In this document: one piece after another, positions 1 through 9,861 of the stretch
Layout: every line of letters begins with the position of its first letter
Position numbering within the stretch: the first letter of the stretch is position 1
Virus genome (UHGV): UHGV-0205814
Length of the DNA: 39,330 nt
Reading direction: 5' to 3' (one strand)
Origin: a virus
Notes under the pieces: generated by a model
Told to the model about the DNA's origin: nothing
Seen by the model: only the letters and a program-made list of their open reading frames with translations
Databases searched by the model: none
Program-made: the position numbers and the translations under genes

Positions 1-357
1 GTGTATAGATTGGAAAATTTATTCAATATTAAGACTTACAGTTATCATAATACAGAAGATGTTAATAGTGATATGTACATTCATTACACTGTGTTAAAGA
101 TAATGAATATTTGTATACTAGAAATAAAATTTGCAAGAGTTGCAAACAAAGATATAGTTATGCCTGCTACTCCTCTGCCAGCAGAATTTAGACCGAAAAG
201 TATTGAATATTTATCAGCTATTGCCTCAACAGGTGGAGTTAAGATGGATTACCATTGGCTTAGATTAGAGCCAAATGGACATTTCTATACTCATAATAAT
301 GCTGGAATAACTGTTAGAAATTTACAGACAACAATAGCTTATATAGCTGCTAATTAA
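1..357 (+). CDS. hypothetical protein, open at the window start; lies between minus-strand tail genes
   Basis: ORF runs from position 1 (GTG) to a stop at 355-357. No recognisable motifs. It is the only plus-strand ORF inside the minus-strand tail module, and its region is not overlapped by a minus-strand ORF. Confidence 0.25.
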   Translation: MYRLENLFNIKTYSYHNTEDVNSDMYIHYTVLKIMNICILEIKFARVANKDIVMPATPLPAEFRPKSIEYLSAIASTGGVKMDYHWLRLEPNGHFYTHNNAGITVRNLQTTIAYIAAN

Positions 358-1049
358 ATATATCCAATAGCCATTAATGTAAATGCTCCTTCAAAATTGG
401 ATACTGTAATTTGTGTAGTTGTACCCCAATCAACGGAAGGAGAAGTTGCTCCACTTGCTCCTGCATTATTATCTGTGACAGATATAAACGGAATGTCTTT
501 AAAAGGCTCATCAAAATATATTGAGCACTTATTATTTATGTTTGCACTAACTTCTGAAGATATAGTAAATTGCATAATGCAAAGTCTATCTATTTTCATC
601 TTTCTAAGGGTTGCATTTTTACAATTTGTGACTCTATTTGTTACATCTTTATTTTCAACTCTAAATAAATTTTCCAATCTATTAAGATTTTCCAAAATTG
701 ACAAATCTATAAAATTTTCATTTGGCATAGGTGCAGGGCCACCAATTTTACACTTATAATATTTTTTTGTTAATTCTGAATAATAGACATTACCTACAAT
801 TGCATTTGAAATAGGAAAATCTCCATCGTGCTTTCCTACTGCTGATACAAGTCTATCATTTAAACCTTCTGATTTTTTTTCTGTATCTCCTTTTAACTTA
901 ACAACATAGTCCTCTATTTTATCCCAAAGTTCATTCCAGAAATCCCTAAACTTACCTTTATGATTAGCTTTCCAAACTGGTAATTTTAGTTCTTTTGTTA
1001 CTTTCTCAACCTCTAATCTACCTTGTGGGTCTTCTATCCATTGTGCCAT
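354..1049 (-). CDS. putative distal tail fibre / receptor-binding protein
   Basis: Last gene of the PBSX-like tail/baseplate operon after the XkdT/XkdU-like genes. Gly/Ser/Thr-rich C-terminus. Call is by position only. Confidence 0.35.
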   Translation of the reverse strand: MAQWIEDPQGRLEVEKVTKELKLPVWKANHKGKFRDFWNELWDKIEDYVVKLKGDTEKKSEGLNDRLVSAVGKHDGDFPISNAIVGNVYYSELTKKYYKCKIGGPAPMPNENFIDLSILENLNRLENLFRVENKDVTNRVTNCKNATLRKMKIDRLCIMQFTISSEVSANINNKCSIYFDEPFKDIPFISVTDNNAGASGATSPSVDWGTTTQITVSNFEGAFTLMAIGYI

Positions 1050-1051
1050 TT

Positions 1052-1657
1052 TTACCTCCTTGAAATTTTAATTTCTTCTAATTGGCTTAATTCCATTTCT
1101 TCAAGTTCTGATAAACTATACATTTCAATATAGTATTCTTCTCTTGCTAGTGTAATCTTTTCAATTTCTTCTAATGTCATTTCGTGTAATTCTGAAATTA
1201 AATAATCTTCTATATAAATTCCATTAATAATTTCTAAACCCACACCTGCACCTTTTATTTTTCTTACTAAATTAAAAACTTCTTTTTTATCTAATTTCTC
1301 TGGAATACTTATAAGAATTTTCCCAGATAGTTCAAGTATCCTAAATTCTTCCTCATTCAATTTAAAATATTCTGATAAAATTCTTATAATTTCCTGCGGA
1401 CTTCCTAAGAATTGTAATAATGATATTTCAAACTTCAATATTTTTCTATACTCAATATCATTCAAACCATTTCTTTGAATTTTAAAATTACTTCCTAAAA
1501 CATCTAATAAATAGCCTTCTGATTTGTCTATATCATTGAAATTGGAAATTAAATTATAAATATTTCTTATTCTAAAATACTTGTTTTCTGCTATTTCAAA
1601 CATTTTTTTAGAATATACTGTATTGTGGTATATGTGAGGGATACGATTTAAAATCAT
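1052..1657 (-). CDS. tail/baseplate protein, XkdU-like (DUF2313-type)
   Basis: Gene order matches PBSX xkdT-xkdU. ~200 aa. Stop/start overlap with the neighbouring genes. Confidence 0.4.
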   Translation of the reverse strand: MILNRIPHIYHNTVYSKKMFEIAENKYFRIRNIYNLISNFNDIDKSEGYLLDVLGSNFKIQRNGLNDIEYRKILKFEISLLQFLGSPQEIIRILSEYFKLNEEEFRILELSGKILISIPEKLDKKEVFNLVRKIKGAGVGLEIINGIYIEDYLISELHEMTLEEIEKITLAREEYYIEMYSLSELEEMELSQLEEIKISRR

Positions 1658-2793
1658 TGATTAACCTCAATAGTTATATCATTTTCATTTGCTACTGCAA
1701 CTTCCTTAGTAGATAATTTATAATCAGCTTCCCTCTCACTGTACTTTACATCTCCTAATTTAAGTTTTAGCGTTCTTATACCACTTGTATTTTTATAAAT
1801 TTCTCCAATTAATTTGTATAAATAAATAGTTCCTGCTGGCTCAACTTCATCTAAATATTTTAAGTAAATATCTTTTATTACTTTTTTAAAATCTTCTTTC
1901 CAAATCTCCTTAATAGCTTCAACTTCAACTTTCAAATATATAGTCTTTTCTGTTGGCCTTGTAAAACCTACTGTTATTTCACCGAAATTTTTTGTAATAT
2001 CTCCAACAGTTCTTATTCCTGCAATTTTGTACTCATATAATGCTTTTAAGATATTATAATTAGTATCTCCATAACAAATACACTCATAACTATGTGCCAA
2101 TCTTCCAGCACTATCAAAATCATCAGTATCATTTTCTATAACTTGACATTTCTGTACATTAGTATTTTGAAGTATATAATTTTTTATACCCTCTGTTGTA
2201 AATGAACTCTTTCTATCAAGTCTTTTTAAATATCTTTCTCTTAGCTCTGTATCTGTTTCTAAATCTCTACCACCAAGAGTATTCAACTTGTTATTTATAG
2301 AAATCACACCAGTTAAAATTTCTGTTTGTTCTGTTATTGCTCCACTACTTACATTCCCATCAGTTCCGCCATCTAAGGCTATTACTTCAATTTCTGTTTC
2401 TCTTTCAGTTGTTGTGATGGTAGATGTATTTAGAGTTACAAACTTAACCCCTGATTTAGTTTCTACACCCCAAGCCTGTGGTATCTGTGTTCCAATTTCT
2501 GCTGTAACTGTAATCTTACCAACTGCTTTTTTTGCTTTGTTCCAAGTCATACCTAAATGGCTTGTTATAGCATTCAAATTGCTCCCAGTTGCTGTGTAAA
2601 CTGATAATTGATTAAATGCTGATAATGCTTGTAAATAACTATCATATTCTTCTGCACTATCAAATCTAAGCCAAGCAATTATAATATTGCTGTCTGTTTC
2701 TCTTAAATCAGGCTTTACACTTTTAAAATCATTTAATTTTCTTGTGTATATTTCATCTATTGTTGGCACTATAAAACCTTTTTCTGTTATCAA
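1654..2793 (-). CDS. baseplate J-like protein (XkdT / gpJ family)
   Basis: 379 aa, in the position of baseplate wedge protein J in PBSX-like myovirus tail modules. Translationally coupled to both neighbours. Confidence 0.55.
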   Translation of the reverse strand: MITEKGFIVPTIDEIYTRKLNDFKSVKPDLRETDSNIIIAWLRFDSAEEYDSYLQALSAFNQLSVYTATGSNLNAITSHLGMTWNKAKKAVGKITVTAEIGTQIPQAWGVETKSGVKFVTLNTSTITTTERETEIEVIALDGGTDGNVSSGAITEQTEILTGVISINNKLNTLGGRDLETDTELRERYLKRLDRKSSFTTEGIKNYILQNTNVQKCQVIENDTDDFDSAGRLAHSYECICYGDTNYNILKALYEYKIAGIRTVGDITKNFGEITVGFTRPTEKTIYLKVEVEAIKEIWKEDFKKVIKDIYLKYLDEVEPAGTIYLYKLIGEIYKNTSGIRTLKLKLGDVKYSEREADYKLSTKEVAVANENDITIEVNQ

Positions 2794-3125
2794 ATTGTGT
2801 ACACCTCCCCATTAATTCTTATGTTAGCAACCAAAATATTATCTTCAAATTCAATGCTTTCAATTTTTTCTACACCATCATATTTATTTATAACCTTGCT
2901 GACTTCTTGAATTATCCTATTTTTATTATCTTTTAATTGTAAAATACCTGTGTTAGTATCGTTTAGGTATGGAGTACCCCAAGCTGTATTTAATGCAAAC
3001 TGTCCTTTGTTTTGTTCCAGTTCAACTCTAATAGCTTGTACTAAATCTTCTGCATTACTAACAATTTCACATACTCCGTTATCAAATACTAATTCACAAT
3101 CTCTGTCTAATTTTGGACTTGTCAT
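2790..3125 (-). CDS. small baseplate protein, XkdS / gpW-like
   Basis: 111 aa, sits between the spike-like protein and the baseplate J-like protein as in PBSX/P2-type baseplates. Confidence 0.4.
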   Translation of the reverse strand: MTSPKLDRDCELVFDNGVCEIVSNAEDLVQAIRVELEQNKGQFALNTAWGTPYLNDTNTGILQLKDNKNRIIQEVSKVINKYDGVEKIESIEFEDNILVANIRINGEVYTI

Positions 3126-3133
3126 ATTTCCTC

Positions 3134-3781
3134 CTAATCAGTACTACTTGTTGATGTCGGACTTTGGTCGCCAGGTTTATAGGTATGTGTGTGTCCTTTA
3201 AGGCTCTTGCCTGCTCCTTGTACATCTTCTGTTGCTGTAACTCCACCAGTTATTGATACATTTCCTGTTTGTGAAGTGTTTCCAATTTGAGTAGTATTGC
3301 CATTTATAGTTAAATTACCATTTAAAGTAACATTACTTGTGATAGTTGTTTCATTACTTCCAGCAAGTATTGTTATATCTCCATTACCTTTAATTTCAAT
3401 TCTGGTCCCAGCACCTTGCAAAATTATATCTTCTGAATTATCTTCAAAACCTTTCTCGCAACTTCCTATTATGTATGGCTCATTTAAACTAAATCTTTCA
3501 AGGCTTGTTTCATCTGATAATGCTGTTTCACTAAACCCAACCCATACAATATCTCCAACTTTACGAGGTATTTGAAATGTCCAACCACCAAATTTAAGAA
3601 AATCTAATCTTACATCTATAAGTGGAGGATAGTTTATAAGCTGCTTGCATAGTTCTCTTTTAGCGAGAGGTTGTACAGTACAGGTCCCAGCACCATAATT
3701 AACTGATGTAATTTTACAAGGTAAACTTGTATGCAATTCATTTAAACTATCATCTATTAATGCTTTTATAACTTCTATCAT
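3134..3781 (-). CDS. baseplate spike / central puncturing protein (gpV / Mu gp45-like)
   Basis: C-terminal Gly/Thr/Asn-rich beta-helix-like repeats (TLNGNLTINGNTTQIGNTSQTGNVSITGG) ending in an HxH apex motif (KGHTHTYKPG), typical of gpV/gp45 spike proteins. Confidence 0.5.
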   Translation of the reverse strand: MIEVIKALIDDSLNELHTSLPCKITSVNYGAGTCTVQPLAKRELCKQLINYPPLIDVRLDFLKFGGWTFQIPRKVGDIVWVGFSETALSDETSLERFSLNEPYIIGSCEKGFEDNSEDIILQGAGTRIEIKGNGDITILAGSNETTITSNVTLNGNLTINGNTTQIGNTSQTGNVSITGGVTATEDVQGAGKSLKGHTHTYKPGDQSPTSTSSTD

Positions 3782-4668
3782 TAAACCACCTCTACTGTTG
3801 CCATTGCACTAAATGTTTCAAGACCACTTGCTGAAAAATCACACTCTTTCACAACTACTTTTCCTTTAAAAGTTGTGCTTTCAATTTCTAATAATTGCCC
3901 TATTTTTATAAGTGGAATTAGCAAACATTCAATATCAAATTTTTGTTTGCCTTTCCCAGATGTTTTATTATTGCCTTTTTTCTTACTGTTGCTTTTATTA
4001 TTTTTACTGCTTTTCTTTTCATCTTTTTTTATATCCGCTTTATCCATTTTTTTATCTACTCTTATAAGTCCCTGCTCTCCTCCTAAGTGAATAACACTTG
4101 AATAGACTTTATTAGGTAGTTTAAATTCAATAGATGTATTAGTAAACCTTGATATTGTCCCTGTATCTCTTGCAAGAATTGGGATCACATTTGATAATCT
4201 TCCACTAAATACCTTGCCATTTGGATACACAGTATCTTTGCCTAATTCCTTTATATCCATAGTAAAATTACACATTTTTTCAATTTGTTTTATAACTTCA
4301 CTTGCCTTAATTCCAGCTTTGAATTGTCTATTTATAATGGTGTTTGTATAAGCTCTATTGTTTGGAGTTGCTTCAATAGTAGTTATAAAATCATTTTCAT
4401 CTCTTGAAGTTGTTATACTTTCAACTATTCCATTAAATATAACTCCGTGTAATTCTCTATATCCTGCGTCAATAGATACATCTTGATTTTCTTTTAATTT
4501 TTGCTTTGTTGTTTCTGATAAGTTATATAGTTTTATAGTTGCTATATCGCTCTTATTATCATCAGTACATTTAACTTCAAAATCAATGTCTAGCTGCTCA
4601 TAATCAAAAACTATCTCTCCTATTGTTATAAGTCTAACTTGTTTCCATAATTTCGCCATCTTCATCAC
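3781..4668 (-). CDS. tail/baseplate hub protein, XkdQ-position, with lysine-rich low-complexity insert
   Basis: 295 aa. Contains a KKDEKKSSKNNKSNSKKKGNNKTSGKGKQK segment. Order matches PBSX xkdQ. Confidence 0.4.
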   Translation of the reverse strand: MMKMAKLWKQVRLITIGEIVFDYEQLDIDFEVKCTDDNKSDIATIKLYNLSETTKQKLKENQDVSIDAGYRELHGVIFNGIVESITTSRDENDFITTIEATPNNRAYTNTIINRQFKAGIKASEVIKQIEKMCNFTMDIKELGKDTVYPNGKVFSGRLSNVIPILARDTGTISRFTNTSIEFKLPNKVYSSVIHLGGEQGLIRVDKKMDKADIKKDEKKSSKNNKSNSKKKGNNKTSGKGKQKFDIECLLIPLIKIGQLLEIESTTFKGKVVVKECDFSASGLETFSAMATVEVV

Positions 4669-4975
4669 CTATTAAAAAGAACTTATAATCTTTATTTAGA
4701 TTTTGAGGAGTAATTTTATCTTTTTCTTCTGCAAATTCATTAATTTTTATACATCTTAATTGAAGATTAGTTTCATTTCTTACTAAACTTAAAAAATCAA
4801 TATTTGGTACTACTTTATTAAAACCTGTTATTCTTTGATTTAAGCTATCTAAAATTGATAGGTATATAAAACTATCATAAGTGTTATAAATGAGCTCTAA
4901 ATTAATATTATTAGGTAATTCGGCTATTATTCCTCTACTCTCTATATCTGTTACATCAATTTCTATTGCTTTCAT
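4634..4975 (-). CDS. hypothetical tail protein
   Basis: 113-aa ORF overlapping both neighbours inside the tail operon. No motifs. Confidence 0.3.
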   Translation of the reverse strand: MKAIEIDVTDIESRGIIAELPNNINLELIYNTYDSFIYLSILDSLNQRITGFNKVVPNIDFLSLVRNETNLQLRCIKINEFAEEKDKITPQNLNKDYKFFLIGDEDGEIMETS

Positions 4976-5565
4976 CTTTTTTTCCTTCCAAAAAATCTCT
5001 TTGCTACACTTTTATCTCTATCTGTTGTTCCACCAACAACCTTATTGACTTTACTTTTTTCTGCACTTGTTGGAGTGCTAACCTTAGCTGTTGTTCTTTT
5101 CTTTTTACCACCAGAAGTTTTAGCTTTCTTGCTATCCATTTTTACATCAGTTTCTTTTATTTCTCCAACTTGTATCTGTCTTAAAGTTATATAGTAAGTA
5201 AAGCCAAATTTTTGCTCTCCTGTTTCCATTTCTTCAATATTTTCAATTATCATATGTTCATAAGTGTCTCTATTAGAAAAAACAAACTGTACTTCTTCGC
5301 CTAATTCTTGTAATTTCATTAATTTATCTCTATTCAATAAATAATCTCTGCTGTTATCTACAACAGTTATATTAATTATCATAGGCTCTTTTCTAACACT
5401 ATCACTTATATTAAAACCATTCTCAACCCTTTTAGTTGGTAGTGTCATTGGTAAACTTCTTGTCTTTTCTGATATAACTTCAAGTGGTATATCTTGTATA
5501 TAACTTTGATTAGAGTTTTTCAGCATACTTAAAGCCATATCAACTGCTTGTTTGAAAAAACTCAT
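4972..5565 (-). CDS. tail protein (XkdP-position) with basic C-terminal tail
   Basis: 197 aa immediately after the tape measure gene. C-terminus is K/R-rich (SGGKKKRTTAKV...FGRKKR). No LysM seen. Confidence 0.35.
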   Translation of the reverse strand: MSFFKQAVDMALSMLKNSNQSYIQDIPLEVISEKTRSLPMTLPTKRVENGFNISDSVRKEPMIINITVVDNSRDYLLNRDKLMKLQELGEEVQFVFSNRDTYEHMIIENIEEMETGEQKFGFTYYITLRQIQVGEIKETDVKMDSKKAKTSGGKKKRTTAKVSTPTSAEKSKVNKVVGGTTDRDKSVAKRFFGRKKR

Positions 5566-5574
5566 AGTATCCTC

Positions 5575-7332
5575 CTAATATGTAAGACTCATTCCTACTT
5601 GTGCTTTCATTCTTTCTAAATTTTCTTTATCTTTTTTCAGTAAAAAATTCACTATATTTTCAAAACCATTTTTCCCATCTTTACTTTCATTAATTGTTAC
5701 ATCAGTTTTATAAGTAGGGTTATAATTAACTGTTTGATTAGCTGTTACTGCTTTTTTAGTTCTATCTATAACTTTATTATCAAAAGTTTTAGGCTCAAGC
5801 AACTTATTGAAATCAGTAACAACACCAGAATTAACAGGTTGATATGGTATTACAAAATCTTTTTCAACTGGTACTCCTGGTTTTCCTTGATTTATTCTCC
5901 TAAAATCAGCTGCCTCTGATTGTTGTTTTATTTTCTTTTCAGCTTCATCAAGTAAATAACTATCGTGCATTGCACTAGTTTCATTCATATGTTGTCCAGC
6001 ACTATATAATCTGTTCCAGCCACCTTTTATGTTTCCGTATGAATTATCCCAATTCATATCTTCAAAATCACCAGTTAATGCTTTATATGTATTTTTCCCA
6101 AAGTCCCAAACTGCACCAACTGTTCCACCCCATATCATTTGTAATATTCCTGCTCCACCTTTTAAAACATCTAATAAATCACATAAAATCTTAGTTGTAA
6201 GTGTTATCTTTTCTATTCCACTATCTGCTCCTTCTGTCCATAGCTTCCAAAAATCAGATACACCTTTTCTTAAATCTGCAAATCTATAATCAGTACCAGT
6301 AAATTTTAATAGTGCATTTATAGCGTCCTCTGTAAAACTTTCTTTACCTTGAAAAGCAGCGAATATATCTTCAACAACAAGTCCTAATGCGACCAACGGA
6401 AATTTAGTAGCAAGTGCTAAACCTCCTATAACTTTTAAACCTGTTTTAGCTCCGTCTGGCAATGCATTAAAACCTCTTTTAATATCTCTAAAAACACCTA
6501 TAAAAGTATCTACAAAACTTCCACCAGCCTTGAATACTTTGGTAACTAAATCTTGAATGCCATCAGCATTTTCTGCAATAAATTCCCAAAACTTTGCTCT
6601 TGTATCTCTTATAGACATTCCCCAAGTTTCGTATAAATCCCCTATTCTATTTTTAGCATTAATGATTTTACCCTCAGGAGTTTTTAAAAATTCTTTGTTT
6701 TGCTCTCCTACGCTTCTTCTTACTGCTTCTGCAAGTAGAGCAACCTTTTGTTCTTCTGTTCCTACTTTTAGTAATTGTTCCTCTCTTTCTGATAAGACAA
6801 TTCCATTTCTCTTTAAGACCATTGTTTGACCATTCATAGCCTTAGCAAATATGCTGGCGATACCTTCCATATCTTGTCCTGTACCATTTAAGCCCTTTTC
6901 TTTTACAAGCATATCTTGCATAACTGGCAATAATTTTTTAATGCTGCTTTCTTGCATTCTAAAAGTTGCCAATCTTTGAGCTCCTGCAATAGTTACTTCA
7001 TCTCCAACAACTCCTAATTTTTGTAATTCTCCTGTCATATCTATAATTGATTTTATTTGGTCATCTCTAAAATTTTGAGCTCTTAGAGTGTTATATAACT
7101 TAGCTTCTTGCTCTATTTGATAGTTACTTGCTTCAACTGCTTTATTATATTGACCTACAAGGGCACTTATTGAAAAATAGCCTATTGCTAACTTCCCTAA
7201 TGTACTTCCTGTTACTTCTTTAAATCTTTGGCTCAAACTCATAGATTGTTTTAAATTAGCTTTGAATTGTTGAAAGCCTGTTGAATTTAAAAAAGTATTT
7301 ATATTAAATTTTAATGCTCCAACTACACTCAT
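5575..7332 (-). CDS. tail tape measure protein
   Basis: Largest tail-module ORF (585 aa). Follows the tube and chaperone genes. Has hydrophobic/Gly-rich central segments (GGLALATKFPLVALGLVVEDIFAAF) typical of tape measure proteins. Confidence 0.65.
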   Translation of the reverse strand: MSVVGALKFNINTFLNSTGFQQFKANLKQSMSLSQRFKEVTGSTLGKLAIGYFSISALVGQYNKAVEASNYQIEQEAKLYNTLRAQNFRDDQIKSIIDMTGELQKLGVVGDEVTIAGAQRLATFRMQESSIKKLLPVMQDMLVKEKGLNGTGQDMEGIASIFAKAMNGQTMVLKRNGIVLSEREEQLLKVGTEEQKVALLAEAVRRSVGEQNKEFLKTPEGKIINAKNRIGDLYETWGMSIRDTRAKFWEFIAENADGIQDLVTKVFKAGGSFVDTFIGVFRDIKRGFNALPDGAKTGLKVIGGLALATKFPLVALGLVVEDIFAAFQGKESFTEDAINALLKFTGTDYRFADLRKGVSDFWKLWTEGADSGIEKITLTTKILCDLLDVLKGGAGILQMIWGGTVGAVWDFGKNTYKALTGDFEDMNWDNSYGNIKGGWNRLYSAGQHMNETSAMHDSYLLDEAEKKIKQQSEAADFRRINQGKPGVPVEKDFVIPYQPVNSGVVTDFNKLLEPKTFDNKVIDRTKKAVTANQTVNYNPTYKTDVTINESKDGKNGFENIVNFLLKKDKENLERMKAQVGMSLTY

Positions 7333-7476
7333 TACTACACCTCATTCATCTTTGAAATTCTATCTAAATATTGTTCTAATTTTTTAACTGAATAATTTTC
7401 AGCTCTTTCAAAATCTCTTATAAAATAACCATAGACAGTTATCATATTCTCTATACTTTCGGCATTATAATTTAAG

Positions 7477-7914
7477 TTACATTCCACGAAATGTATTCAT
7501 AATAAAACCACAGAAAGCTATATTTTTCACTTGCTCCCAAACTGATAGTCCTATTTCTTCTATTTCTTTATATTTGTAATTATCTATATTTTTATTTAAT
7601 AGTTTTAAAAATCTTTCTCCTGTGAATACAACACTATCTATTCCAGCTAAAAATAACTGTTCCATTGTGTAAATACCATTATCATCAAGTTTTAACTCTA
7701 AATCATTATGTTTTATAGCTTCTGGTACTCCTATAATATCTTCTAATTTTGGATTAACACCACTAGGATACTTTAAAATTTCCTTTGTATAATCAACTAT
7801 ATGAGTTCTCCCTATTCTTTTTTCTAAATTTAAAACATAACTTGCTGGCTGTTCCATAACTGTTACTTCATAATTATTAACTTTAATTATTTTCTTTTCC
7901 ATTCTATCCTCCAA
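7477..7914 (-). CDS. tail assembly chaperone, XkdN-like
   Basis: 145 aa between the tube gene and the tape measure gene, as in PBSX-like tails. A 144-nt gap downstream holds an out-of-frame ORF (see findings). Confidence 0.45.
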   Translation of the reverse strand: MEDRMEKKIIKVNNYEVTVMEQPASYVLNLEKRIGRTHIVDYTKEILKYPSGVNPKLEDIIGVPEAIKHNDLELKLDDNGIYTMEQLFLAGIDSVVFTGERFLKLLNKNIDNYKYKEIEEIGLSVWEQVKNIAFCGFIMNTFRGM

Positions 7915-7939
7915 AAATAGAGTAGTAAAAACTACTCTA

Positions 7940-8353
7940 TTATGCTAATTTTAAATTAATACATTGTACTTCCCATTCAAGTGCCTTAGCATCTGCTCCT
8001 ATTTCTAAGTTAGGTATTTTCTTAAAAAAACCTTTTGCCGAGAATGCTCCTAATGTTCCATCTAAGCCTTTATTTATAAATGTAACTGGGAAAGTCCCTT
8101 TATCTCCTTCTGCTAATGCCATTTGTTTAAAACTTAAATTCAATGGAGAGTTTTGAAGTATTTTAAACTTTATAACTGCGTCATAATCATTATGTTGATT
8201 TATACTTCTAGCTCCATCTATACCCTTTGTTATACCTTTAAAATCATTATCATATTCAATAGTGATTTTTGTATCTTCTGCATAGTCTTCAACTCTTGTT
8301 TTTCCTATGATTAATTCATAGTTTTTACTGTTGTAATTATATATATTTGCCAT
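7940..8353 (-). CDS. tail tube protein (XkdM-like)
   Basis: 137 aa directly downstream of the sheath-like gene. Matches the sheath-tube-chaperone-TMP order. Confidence 0.5.
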   Translation of the reverse strand: MANIYNYNSKNYELIIGKTRVEDYAEDTKITIEYDNDFKGITKGIDGARSINQHNDYDAVIKFKILQNSPLNLSFKQMALAEGDKGTFPVTFINKGLDGTLGAFSAKGFFKKIPNLEIGADAKALEWEVQCINLKLA

Positions 8354-8365
8354 TTATAGCACCTC

Positions 8366-9352
8366 CTAAACTTCAAAGAACAAATCTGCTGATAATTCTC
8401 TAATTCCATAAGCATAGTAAACTGTTATTTTTACACCTGTTAATTTACCATTTAAAATATCGTTCTTTGGTATTTCTTCAAGTGGTACTATATCAACTAC
8501 TGTCTTATCTTCTACTAACGATTTCATTCTTTCAAACTGTTTACATCTAGTTAATATAACTGCTTTTAATGGGTCTACATCTGCAAATGTTGGTTTTGGA
8601 GTAGATTTCAAATATTGTGTAATATCTTCTTCTAATCTAAATTGCAATGCTTTTACACAGTGAATAAAATCTATTGGGTCGCCTGTTACAGTTACACCGT
8701 TAGCAAGTCCTAGTTGCCCTTTCATTCTTGCTACATAGTTAGATTTATTTTTGTCTAATACTCCTTGTTCTGCTCCACTTAAACCACTTTCTACTGCTCC
8801 ATTGATTAACTTATTGGCTATCAATACACTTCCAGGGAATTGTGGTATTGAATATCCTGCAACTGCTCCTGCTATTAATTCATCATTCTTACTGAAAAAT
8901 AATGATGTTGTATCTTCTGCAATAGCCTTGATTTTAGCTTCTGCTGTCATAATATCTGTATCTGTTTTTACTTGTGCAAATAACATTTTTTGTCTTGCAG
9001 CAATTTCTTTTGATATAGCTGGTATCTTTTCTATATCTGTTTCATCAGTTACAGTACCAAACCAATCATTTTTTAAACTATCAAATAAGTCTTTGTAGTT
9101 GCTTCCAGTTACTACCTTACCAAATACTAATACTTGTTTTGCTCCTGCTGTAAATGCTGCTTGTAATATTTTATAGACATCATCTGTTGCTGTAACTCCT
9201 GTTACATCTTTTATACTTGTTATTAATTGCTCTGTTATAGCTTTCTTAGTACTAAATACACCAATCACATTTACTGTTGCTTGATCCACAGGACTTGGCT
9301 TGTGTGCATTTAAAAATACTATTTTCTTTTCAGCACCTAATATTATTCCCAT
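8366..9352 (-). CDS. tail sheath protein (contractile tail)
   Basis: 328 aa. First gene of the tail block and directly followed by the tube gene, as in PBSX (xkdK-xkdM). Confidence 0.5.
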   Translation of the reverse strand: MGIILGAEKKIVFLNAHKPSPVDQATVNVIGVFSTKKAITEQLITSIKDVTGVTATDDVYKILQAAFTAGAKQVLVFGKVVTGSNYKDLFDSLKNDWFGTVTDETDIEKIPAISKEIAARQKMLFAQVKTDTDIMTAEAKIKAIAEDTTSLFFSKNDELIAGAVAGYSIPQFPGSVLIANKLINGAVESGLSGAEQGVLDKNKSNYVARMKGQLGLANGVTVTGDPIDFIHCVKALQFRLEEDITQYLKSTPKPTFADVDPLKAVILTRCKQFERMKSLVEDKTVVDIVPLEEIPKNDILNGKLTGVKITVYYAYGIRELSADLFFEV

Positions 9353-9861
9353 TAATTGCCTCCTTTAATTTCAAAATCTACTTGTTTTATGATTTCTATT
9401 TCTGTTGTTAATTCCTTAGAAGTTCTTACCACTACATCAAATACATACCTTTCTAATAAATCACTAGCTGTATAATCTGTAATGTCTTTTAGTTCTCCAA
9501 CTTCCTCAATAACAAACTTTAATCCATTGAGTTTAATCCACCAATTTATAGCTTCTATATTAGTGAAATAATCCCTAATTATTGCTACATCTGCATAACT
9601 GTCTTTCTTATTTAAAGTAAACGAAAAACTTATTGTATGCTTGTTTATATTTGTTTGTTTAAATACTCCATATTTTTTAGTATCTTCTCTTTCATTTGTA
9701 TATCTATGAATAACATTATTAGAAATAGTCCTTGCTATAACTCTTGGTAATTTCAGTTGTCCATTTACTTTGCTTAGATGTTCAAATGGTATAACTTGAA
9801 ATTTATTATTTAATTCTTTTATTTTGTCCAGGAACAATATTTCTAAATCTATATTATTCAT
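9352..9861 (-). CDS. tail completion / sheath-terminator-like protein
   Basis: Call is by position between the head-tail joining genes and the sheath. Stop/start overlap (ATGA). Confidence 0.3.
   Translation of the reverse strand: MNNIDLEILFLDKIKELNNKFQVIPFEHLSKVNGQLKLPRVIARTISNNVIHRYTNEREDTKKYGVFKQTNINKHTISFSFTLNKKDSYADVAIIRDYFTNIEAINWWIKLNGLKFVIEEVGELKDITDYTASDLLERYVFDVVVRTSKELTTEIEIIKQVDFEIKGGN

Noticed and set aside
397-759. Plus-strand ORFs lying inside longer minus-strand genes (397-759, 2288-2599, 2950-3201, 3297-3575, 3875-4090, 4966-5184, 5734-5919, 6029-6289, 6557-6829, 8751-9098, 10317-10520, 11055-11312, 11734-11937, 12679-12882, 16749-16949, 18697-19011, 19237-19548, 21165-21368, 25541-25765, 26195-26383)
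   Set aside because: Each is fully embedded antisense to a longer, operon-consistent ORF with better RBS and gene-order support. They have low-complexity S/F/L-rich translations typical of the reverse strand of AT-rich coding DNA.
7477-7520. Canonical -1 programmed frameshift at the end of the XkdN-like chaperone
   Set aside because: The -1 frame hits a stop (…YYEYISWNVT*) within 11 codons, and no XXXYYYZ slippery heptamer is evident. Only the +1 frame is open, so a classical -1 G/GT-type shift is not supported.
8366-9352. Possibility that the 328-aa gene is a siphovirus major tail protein rather than a sheath
   Set aside because: The downstream tube-like (137 aa) and chaperone genes, and the P2/Mu-like baseplate (spike with HxH, baseplate J, gpW-like), argue for a contractile PBSX-like tail. 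The sheath call is retained with moderate confidence only.
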